From: Raillietiella orientalis
Taxonomy: Eukaryota
Length of the DNA: 64,000 nt
NCBI GenBank assembly: GCA_036172245.1
Contig: JAYWIR010000035.1
Coordinates: 310,001 to 374,000 of the forward strand
Reading direction: 5' to 3'
The notes beneath the pieces are model-generated. The model was not told the DNA's origin, did not search any database, and was given only the letters and a program-made list of their open reading frames with translations. Made by a program: the position numbers and the translations under genes. The stretch's first letter is position 1. Every line of letters begins with the position of its first letter. This document shows positions 48,722-59,085 of this stretch, piece after piece.

Positions 48722-50400
48722 TGCCGGGGCATTTATTACGTTACGTAATAAAAATATGCTTTTGTGGTAGAATCGTTGGTTCCACCACGCGCAACGAACC
48801 TGCTGAAGAGCGGTACGTAGACCGGTGAGGTCCGCTTCGGCAGCGTCGGGGAGGGAAAACAATAAAATAAAATAAACAAACAAAACAGGGAAGGGAAAAC
48901 AACACACGGGGAAGGGGGAGGGGGACAGACAAAGGGATCACGGTATGCTGCCAGGTGTCCTCTGCATCCTGTTCAGGATGCTCACAAGTTCTGTCCGGAT
49001 AGTGTCCAGATGGGGCCATCTCGAGGTGGTCCCCAGGAAGATCCGCGCCTGGTGGATGGCGTCCCTGCCATTCTGGCTTCTTCCCGAGTTCGAGGCTGCC
49101 ACGATCCCGCGGACACAGCAGAGCACTGCTAGGGATGCGGCTGGCGACAGTCACGTAGAGGCGTCTAATAATGTCCCTCGGGCTGCACGCCGGGATTCCA
49201 AGGATCGTCGCGAGGCGATTCCAAAGGGGTCGGAAGGCAGCGCAGTCCAACAGCAAGTGAAGCAGGCTCTCCTTCTTCTCGCACCTGTCGCACTCTGAGC
49301 GCCCACGCTCCTATCCCCCCGTGTCCAGTGGTGAAGGAGCGCTTAGAGTGGCATTCCCCCATGCACTACCAGCAGCGCCGACTTCTGCCATATGAGAGGA
49401 AGGCGCCACTGTTCCAGCACTATTGGAGCCGCTTCACCTCCTCCGGAGGGATGTTGAACACCTCTCCTCGGCGCATAATTCCGTGGGGTGGGACCCTCGG
49501 AGTCGCAGCTTCCGTCACTTCCCGAGTTGTCCACGTCCCTAAGAGTTTCTTTGCTGCTATGCAGCAAGTCGCTTCTCACCTTGCCGGGATCACGCTGTCC
49601 CAGGATGGCCCAGGACGACGGAAATCTTTTTGGGGTTCTGCTTTCGCTGCTTTTTTTTTTCTTTGGCTCTCAAGGAGTACTGAGGAACCGTTCACCTCCT
49701 TAAAGGGGGGGGGGGACGGAGCTCACGGACCTCTTTGACCCAGGCCACGGCACCCGAGGGTGCATGTTACCTCTTCAATTTATAGAGGATACCCTGTGAA
49801 TCCTGGAAGGCTCTGGAGGAAGGAGTCCGTTCCTCTTACGCTTGTTAGGGAACCTCGAAGGGAACCATCTCTTCCTCATTCCCTCCGTAGGGACCCCCGG
49901 AAGGGATCATCCGCTCCTTGTTTTCTCCTATTCTAAAGAGAACCCTGAAGGGACGCTTCTCAGTTTCTCCGAAGGGCGCTTCCCCATAGGGAGCGGCGTG
50001 TCTTCTTCACACTCTGGAGAGGTATCGATCTACTAGCTCCATGGCACGAGATGGATTGTCCCTCCCTCTCCCTTTTCGAAGGAGGGGGGGGAAACGGCTC
50101 TATTTTTATAACCAGAGGAAATCCCGAAGGGAATTGACTCCCTGGTTCCTGAAAGAAACCCGAAAGATCGACTTCCGATCCTGGACAGTCAACTGGGGCA
50201 TCCGTTTTTTCAGCTTCCACCGGTGCCGCATCCGAAGAGCCTTCAGGCCAACCAGCACCATCTTAGGGGAGGGGGGAATCGGAACCCACGACGCACCCCC
50301 CGTTGTCGGCGTCGATCCTGCCCCTTGCGCGGGTTCGAACTCGCGACGCCTGGTGCCACGCGCGGTGAGACCGTGGCTGCGCGCCGCTCAAACGCGGGCA
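48722..50400 (-). mobile_element. Internally deleted L1/Tx1-like non-LTR element, copy 2
   Basis: CDRCEKKESLLHLLLDCAAFRPLW and EAATPRVPPHG peptides are homologous to copy 1; B-box GTTCGAACCC at ~50330-50339; shares spacer blocks and 3' terminus with copy 1. Confidence 0.85.
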
Positions 50401-50799
50401 GAGCTCAAATGTGGGGAGAAGCTGACCGCCAGCCGAACAACTCGTACTCGGCGCAGCAACCCTTTTGAGCCGATCTCTTCAGTCAGGCATCGTGCTGATT
50501 TGGCGAATGTTCACACCTGCAGCAGCTGGTCATTTCGAATGCAATCAGAACCTAATTATCTTGAGATGGACACTGATTACGACGGAGAGAGATAAGGTTG
50601 CATCGCAATGCCGTGGCAAGGCGTAACTTCAAAAGAAGAGAGTGAGGTGGACGGAAAAAATCATCATGAAATGCGGCAAAGACGGAAAAGCATCGTCAAG
50701 AAACGAAGTGAGTTGGAGAGTAGAAGAAAAGGGGAAAAAATGGCAGCAAGCACGGAAGAGATGAATTTTTGGAAAACTGGCCATTCTTGCAAGTCCCTT

Positions 50800-52960
50800 C
50801 TTCATTGATGGAACAGACTTCCAGTCCGGTCTGACTATCTTGCCTTGAGGTCGTCCTGAGTTTTGACGTCCATAGTTTACGAAACAAAGAATGTTCTGGA
50901 AGAAAGATTCACCTTGTACACGTTTATCAGCACAAAAACTTCATGGTCCGCGAGGAAGTTTCGGCGAAACACTGGAGTAGTGCAGTGGTTTGGGTAGTCG
51001 CCTTCAAAGAGGATCCAGAGAAATCAGTGAGGATCTCACTCAGACAGCCTCACTGATCTTGAACAGATGGTTTCCACATCCATCCTGGATAGTGTGATGC
51101 CGTTCCACGTTGTTCCCACTCAAGGCAAGCTTGAACCCCAAAAAGCAGACAATGAGATGGTTGGCAGTACTGTCAGTCACCGACGAATCGGTCTCACTCT
51201 TCTGCCGCCTATCCAGTACTCCAGCTTCCTCGCCAGTAAGATGTGTGTTACTCTTTGCTGCTTTCCGAGACGCCGACTCCACACTGCCTGTTTATTCCTC
51301 ACCATTCGTGTCGTCACTGCTTTCTTGCTTTATCAAAGAAGCATTCTGCAAGTTACACAGTGCACTTTGAGGATCTCAGAAACCATTCAGTGTCCTTCCC
51401 TCTCCCCTCTTTAAAAGATTAAAAAAAAGACAGGACGGAGGAACCATGGAAGAGGATGTATTCAAAGAAGAGCTTCTTGAACGTTCCAAGCAAGTGGAAC
51501 GCACAAGATGGAAACGAGACGAGTAGGGTGAAACCATCCTTCGAGAAATTTGAAGCAGAGCGCCCCGATGCGGATCCAAGCGTTTCCGGTAGGAATTCTC
51601 TATGAAATAGCACGAGAGAAAAATCAGATTTCTAGGGAATGAAGCTTCTGCTTATCTAGAGCTAGGTAATGAGTGAAAGTGATCCAGTAATTCCTCTGTC
51701 TTAATCGTAGTTCTTCCGCTCTTTGGTAACATTTGCCTGTTTGCATCCGTGTCACTCTGGTTGCCCAACTTTCCCAGGAGCTTCCAATGCGGGAAGATGG
51801 CACGAAGAAAAAAAGATCAACTGCAGCCGGATTGCTGCAATTTAAAGAGCACCTCAGTGACCACGGCTTTCGAGGAAGACGTGCCGTTAGCGGGAGTTCC
51901 CTCGTGAAAGCTCGCGTTCTCAGTGTTGTGCGGCAAGAAAGAACAGAACGTGTTCGCGCTAAAGTAGGTTTGGGATCAGGATAAAGGTGCACATCAGAAA
52001 ACTGGGGAAGATGCTTCCGTTCAACTTCTTCCCTTCGGCTTCCTCGAGGACCAAGTCCAGCTGCCAACCGCGGGAACTGACATCCGCTTCACGGCACCGT
52101 TCTTCATTCATACCACCGAACCAGTCCATTGCCGTTCAGATTTTCTACTCTAGTGACAGTGTTCCTCGTCTTTTCCACATCCTCGTTTAGCTCCTTGTCC
52201 CAAATCCCCTTTCGGGAAACTAAGTGATCGTTCTCCCTGAATCTTGTTTCGGACACGAAGAGAGCGCTGACAATCTCGAGAATGGACCTTGGTCGAATCC
52301 CCTTGCATCAACAGCGGCACACTAATTAGCCATCTCTCTAAACTGTCCTTCCGGAGGAGAGTTGGGCTCAAAAGTTCCTCCCAAAATGAATTGAAAATCG
52401 GAAGCCGAAGGAACCAGTCCTGAGGGGCCTCTCTGGTTTCCTTGATAGCCTGGCCTCAGCGGAGATCCTTAAGGTTCTCCTCTTTCTTTCTCCATCCTTC
52501 GCTGCTTCCTCATGAATGAGAGAGGCAACGAATCTCGAGAATGATGCGTAAATGGACGTACTGATAAAGGGATGTGCATCTGCGTCATTAAGACTCAGAG
52601 GAGACACAACCTGACATTCTTGGAGAGCAAGGCAGATAAAACGAGGAGATATCTCAAGAGACCAGAAAAGTCCAGACCTCATCTTGCCGCGGGTGTTGCC
52701 CTAGAAAACTCCCAAGTTCAGTTCTGCAGTCTGGGCATTTCTTGCCGAATCAGCCCACCTTCCGTCTCCTCAGTTTCTCGGTATCCATCCGATCGCTTCA
52801 GCCATAGTTGAGGACATGGGTAGCGATTGATCTCTCCGTTTGAGAGCAGTCATCTTGCTCGTCTTCATAACTGACCCCTGCGTATTTCGAGTCCCAGAAC
52901 TTTCCTGACCGCGTCTCTTCAGCCGAATGATGGGATGGATCGTGCTGTCCTATCACTCTT
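50800..52960 (-). mobile_element. Decayed RLE-type (HERO/NeSL-like) non-LTR retrotransposon
   Basis: MAEAIGWIP (like LANAFGSIP, ~52790), GLFWSLEISPRFICLAL (~52650), TANHLIVCFLGFKLALSGNNVERHHTI (~51090-51170), VRPD (~50825). Confidence 0.5.
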
Positions 52961-55614
52961 GCAATTTTGGCGCCCACACATCCTGGATGTTCAGTTTCCC
53001 TGTGTTGATGCCTTTATTATCCGTACTCAGCTGTGTGCAAAAGAAAAATCAGTAGAGTTGCGTCCGTTGCGCCTACTGATAGAACGGCACTTGAATCGAA
53101 GTTCCCTCCAAAGGAAAAGACAATTTAGGAATCAGTCAGCTATGGAAGGAAAGAAATCTCTAGAATTCCAACCAACTAACACATACAGGTACATAATAAT
53201 TTAAAATTAATAGGTATTTCGCAAAGGGCGTGATAGAGAGGATGAGCAAAGAACGAAAGACACATTGTCAAGCTTATAGAAAGCAATTCTCAGTATTACC
53301 AAATCAGCCCTAAATTCAGCATATATCAGTGCTTGAAAGGTTTCGCAAGTTAAAATTAATGTACCTGTGCAAAATGCATACCAATAGGTGCTGTTCTGGA
53401 ATCTATTTGTGAGGACCAACTGCTACGATGAATTTGCACGTATACAGAGAAAATCGTTCAGGAGCTGAAACATGTCTTAGATCCATCCTATCCTATCCTA
53501 TCGTTTTCTCAATTCGCCTAAAGAGACGACCTGAATTTGTGCAGATGCAAAAGAGCGTAGTCTTAAGGTAACTGAATAAGCAAATGCGGCTAGTGTAGAA
53601 GACTTTATGATCAAAAAAGGCAAAGATGCTGACTAGATGGCGATATGCTGCGGACTCGCGAGTATCTCTCTCTCACTCTCTCGGAGCCTGTCACTTATTT
53701 CTCTTATAAGGAAATAATCAGGAGACGGATCTGGTGCTTCCAGAGAAAAACCACTCTTATCGTACTCTTATCAATGGAACTGCAGGAAATCAATGAAAGA
53801 CAATTTGGATTTGGGTCATTAAAAATACGCGCGATACCAAAGAGACACATTCAGGAACATCTGGAATAATGCATCGAGAGACAAGCTAGACCTGAAACTG
53901 GAAGCAATAAGTCTGTGCACAGTAAAAGGAGGAAATGTACACAAGAGAGCATGCTTATGGCATTTATTTTTAACAAAATTCTTCCATTACTGATGGGTTA
54001 AACAGATGATGTAAGGTTAATGAAATCATGATTACTGGTCAACCATGACCACACATATACATATAAATACATAATAATGCATAAAGGTCTACTTACTTGA
54101 TCCTGAATATGTATATATATATATTTAGCCTCAAGTTAGTAAACCATTATTTATGCCGTATTATAAACGAAATCTCCAGCTAAACTGGTTTGCTGTGAAT
54201 TGCTTTCGATGACCTCGTTATCTTTCGTAGTATGTACTATGTACTTTTCGTACTATGTACAATCAATTTTTCATCCAAGAGGAGGACGAAATTTGGACTG
54301 CATCTGCTGGCATGAGAAGATCGCCTCAAGATGACGACAACGCCTGTCTTCAAGGAAGCGCAAACCCTTAAGTGTTACGCCTTGGAGATCTGCAAAGAAA
54401 GATCGACGAACGAAGAGTTCCCACCGAGTGCCACCTGCGTTCGGAGCAACAAAAAGAGGCAAAGGACACATCTCGAAAGGTCGAAGGCAAACCCGAATCC
54501 TGGTCGCCATTGCCCTGCGAGTGAAACAGAAATGGTGGTACCTGGGATGGATTTTTTGATGGGGAGGACCGCTGGCTGAATAGGGACACAGTGGGCATCG
54601 GCGCGAGGAGGACTGGGACAGGTGTCGCATCTTCGCCATCCCAGCGACCACTCGGAGGCGGATTCCTCTCCTCACCTTCATGCTCGTAGTTCTGAGAATT
54701 CTCGTTTTGAGCTGTTGCCCGGTGATAATCCACAGATGGACTCCTTTCCTATGTCCCATCCAGAGATGCGTCCCAGCTGCCTGTCGGAAAGAGAAGCGGT
54801 TTGAATGAGGCTGAAGGCGGGGCGATCGGCGTTCGCTGTCTGTCTGGGTCCTCTTGAAATGGAGGGAGCAACTGCTTAAGAGGAATTCCGAAACCCTGCA
54901 AGGGTGTCGAAGCAGCTGCTGGGCTGCTTCCCACTGCTGACTTCCTTCCGAGTCTCGCATGCGCGGTGCGTAGTTCTGAATGCTAACGCCAAAACCACGT
55001 GACCTCACAGTCCATTCTCCCAAGCCTCTTCCCACTCGTAATAAGAAGGAAAGAGGACCCGGGGAAGATGATTGGATGCTCGAATTGTCAGAGTTCAGGG
55101 TGCTTCCTGTGGTACTGCAGGGAGGGTGGGTTCATCTCCCCAGCGCTCCCGGTCGTTTGACATTCGAACGAGATTCGCGGAGCGAGCCCTGGCAACAACC
55201 TCAAGTCCGCCGTTCCAAGGTTGGGGGAGGAGCGAGGGGATGAGGGGGAGTTCTCTCAGGTGCGTCCCGTTTCCTCAACGCACCTCCCGGAGACGAAAAC
55301 CAGAGGGAGGTGGGTCGTCCCTGCCCGCCTCGCCACGCGCCATGCCAACAGACGGGAAGGCGGTGGCGGAGGCGGCCAGAGCTGGGAAGGAGAACAAAAT
55401 TCGTGCCCTCAGACGGGATGGAAGCCGGAGGATTGCACCGCATGCTCCCACGCGCGACCCGCTTCCGCTCGCGGGCGAGCAGAGAGCACCATGGGAACCC
55501 GACCCGTGAGAGGCCAGAGCCATCTCCTCGTCGAGCGCCCTTTGCGAGAGAGCCGGAAGCAAAGCCGGGAAGACAGGGGTGAAAGAGCGTGTAGCACGTA
55601 ACCCGAAGGAGCCT

Positions 55615-57156
55615 TCGATTCCTTCCTAACCCAGAGGAATTCATTTCGCTCCAGGATGGCAGAAGGGCCGAATGAATGCTCCTGACACGACACGACCCTC
55701 CTATCCTGTGTGGCAGCGGCAGCGTGATACGGTGGCAGGAATTCGGAATGGAGGATCGGGGGAGAGAGGGAGAGATCGTCCCACGGGGATGCAAGCAGCT
55801 TCCTGTTCCTTGCCCCCTTTTTTGTCCACTTCTTCCGGCCGGGTTGTCAGCAAGTGCAGTCCGCTGCAGGGATCTTACCCGTTTGCCCGCGTGGAGGGGA
55901 GGCGAAGAGGGAGCGGAGCGCAGCCTAGAAGGCTTGCGGGAACGAGAGCGGCGAGAGGGTGAGGAAGAAGGAAGTCACTTGTGATGCACCCCAGCCACGT
56001 TAGGAAAGGCATTCTCCCAGCAGTCGCGCATCCTACCCGTCACGGGTCTTTCGACGCTCTGCACGTGAGGTTCAGGAACGCTCCCGAAGGGAGAGGAGCG
56101 CCTGGAATGGCTTCGTCCCCGCTCGGCCTTTCCAGGGAGCAGCGAGGAGCTCCTCCCTTTCGCCCCGCGAGGGGGACGTGCCGGAAGTGGCGAGCGGCAG
56201 TTTCCGCTGTCTCCTTCCTCCTTCTCCCCCGTCTTCCTCTCTTCCCTTTCTCCTACTCTTCCTCTTCTTCTTCTTTTCCTCTCTTCCTCCTCCTCCTTCT
56301 CAGTCAACCAAGGTGGCGCCACGCCCTGGGTCTACGCAGGCGCGGAGGACTCTTCTCCATCTGAAAACAGGCAAGGACCAATCCCTCGTCCGGGGGAGCA
56401 GAGCTCTGCTTGGCGGGACGCTAGACCGCCGGGTCGTCGACCGTGCTGCCGGCCGCTCGTGCGCTGTCGAGGCTCTCTCCGTCTTCTCCACAAGTCCATC
56501 ATGGCGTTGACCTAGGTATCCCGGCAACGGAGCTCACCCGATAGCCTCGTCCTTATCTGCGACGCAGGCGGAGCCATCCCTGTGAGCGCAGCCTCACTCT
56601 AGGCAGACAACTGCCCCCGCCGCCGCGCGCTGCGGGAAGGGGTGGTCCTTCTCCGGAGTTGCCGTGATCTCGTCCTTGGGGGGCGAAATTGGGGCGGCTC
56701 CGTCACCTCGGCTCCACGGCTGCGCTTGCGGAGGTCACCACCAGCAAGCATCCTGTCGGTGGCTCCCTTTCGGAACACCGGGAGGCTTCTGCGCTTCGAG
56801 GTCACGGCACCCCCTTGAGCTAGGAGGAGGGCAACAGCAGGAGTGTAGGCGCTCCAGAGGGGGAGCGAACCAGCTCGCTCCGGCAGGGAAGAACGCGGAC
56901 GGCGGCAGAGGCGAACGCGGGCCGGCAGGAGCCCGATAGAAGGAAAGATGGCGTGGCGGCACGGGACTCCTACTCCTTCCTTCCTTCGACTCTCAGCTTC
57001 TTCCCTGTCGATTCCTTCCTAACCCAGAGGAATTCATTCGCTCCGGGATGGCAGAAGGGTGAATGAATGCTCCTGACACGACCATCCTATCCCGCGTGGC
57101 AGTGGCAGCGTGATCCGGTAGCAGGAATTCGGAATGGAGGATCGGGGGAGAGAGGG
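55615..57156 (+). repeat. Pair of ~150-bp direct repeats (55615-55770 and 57008-57156)
   Basis: Both read tcgattccttcctaacccagaggaattcatt...ggaatggaggatcgggggagagaggg, with only scattered substitutions and small indels. Confidence 0.95.
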
Positions 57157-57899
57157 GGAGTCCTTCCCCTCCTTCTCCTTCCTTTCTCATCCCAGGAGGA
57201 AGAGGCGACCAGACGTGGCCCTCCTGCACCGCAGCAAAAGCCGCCGAGCCTTCCAAAAGCAGCGTTTCCTGGGCGACGGGTTGGGTGGGGGCGGATCGGC
57301 GTCGCGCTCCAGGCGGTCGCAGCTTCGAGATCGAATCCGTCCACCCGCACTTCTGGAGAACCCGCTAACTCCAGCTTCTTCGCCGTCCCCATCAATTCTT
57401 CCGGTTGTTGTTCTTCAGGGAACTTCGGGTGCGTCCTGCTCCCTCAACCCACCGGAGACAAGGTCCCCCATCTCCAGATTCCCTCCCCTCCGTGAAGAAG
57501 ACTCATCTCCATGGTGTCCGGTGTTGGAGATTTGATACCTGGAGACTTCTGTTGACTCTCCTCCATGGTCGGACTCACTGGCTCCGCACCACTAGATCCC
57601 CAGCCATTCCTGCCTGCTCACCTACGCAAGGGTCCCACGGCGGGCCGAACATCGAGGAGGAAAGGTGAGAGACTCTGATGGAGGGATCTCTGGCAGCTGC
57701 AGCTGCAGCGAGACTCCAGAGGACAAGCTGGGAAGCCGCTATTTTTTATTTATTTTTTTCGAATTTCCTCCGCAACGGTGGGCACGAGATGGTGATGGGA
57801 AGAGATGGCGACGCGCATCAGGACTCTGCGGGAGGAGCGAACCAGGTGGGTTTCCAATCCCGTGTGGAAGCTTCCTCCTGTCCTTTCCACTCCTTTCCC

Positions 57900-59085
57900 G
57901 AACTTTCCCAGTTCCTCATTTCCCCCCCCCCTTCTCCCCATCATCGGCCCATCCGAGCTCCCTCTCCTCGCGTTGTCCTTTTGCGCTCACTCCTTCGGCC
58001 GTCGCTGACCTGACGAAGCCGCGTGTCAGCAGGTGGACGCCGGCGGGGGCGGAGTGGTCAGCGCCTACGGTCGCGGGAAAATCCACGGTAGGGAGAGCGA
58101 CCTGGAGCACGACCCGAGCGGAGAGGACAGCGAGGAGCACGCACCCTCAGGAAGCGGTCGTAGAGCAGGGCGGAGGCCTCGACAGAAAGGCGGCACTGCG
58201 CCGGGGTGAGAGTCTCTCATGCAACACCGCAGGGGTTCGAGGAACTCCCCGGAGACGGCTGCAAGGCGAGCGAGGTGGTGGACCCTGCCTCTCCTCGTTT
58301 CCGAGCGAAGGGACTCCCTCGGTGGAGCGACTTTTCCAGTATGGCTCTCCCGGAGGAGTCGCGGTCCGTTCCCTTCGTGTGCGGATGCCTCCCGTTCCCA
58401 CTCCGGTGGAAATAGGACGCTCCGCCATTTCTGCGCTGGGAACTCCAGTGCAATCAGCGCAAGCACCAGGTTCCCGGGAAAGTTGTCTCCAAGAACTGTT
58501 CAGGGTGCGGGTCGATTGAATCGCCCCCACATCTCCTGTTGGACCGCAGTGCCCTGGAGGACTTGTGGCGGAGACTAATTTCGGCGCTCCATATACTCCT
58601 GGAAGACCCCCCCCCCCTACTTCGGGCTTCTGAGGAGCTTCTTCGTCACTCAAGGCGGGCTGAAGACGGGTGCTTCTATCGCAACCGTCTGTTGCATCTG
58701 CTCTGTGGCGACGGTCCGCCGAGCGTTGGAGTCTCGTTCACAGCAAAGGGGGAGGTCGCCAGCATGGCAGCCGCCTTCATGAGGACGGCTGCAAGGTGGA
58801 TTCACCTGACAGATGTCGTTAGGGAGACCGCCACCATCCAGAGCCGCCTCTAGGAAGAAAGGAACGAAGAAAATCACAGACTACCTTCTCTCTACCCTCC
58901 CGTCTTCTATTTATTTATTTACTGCCCCCTCCCTCCGCTCCGTACTCATATAGATGCCGGCCTGCGGTCCGGTAATCATCCTTAATAAACTTGGTTTTTT
59001 GTGGGGGGAAGCGGGGGGGGGGGGGCTTTCCTTGTATTCATCCCCTTCTGACTTGTAATTTATTTTTTAAATAAACGTCCGGCGT
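57900..59085 (+). mobile_element. L1/Tx1-like ORF2 3' end and 3' UTR, copy 3 (may extend upstream to ~55000)
   Basis: LRWELQCNQRKH...NCSGCGSIESPPHLLLDRSALEDLWRRL...FMRTAARWIHL aligns by eye with copies 1 and 2; same terminal TTTATT..AATAAA-CGTCCGGCG motif. Confidence 0.8.
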
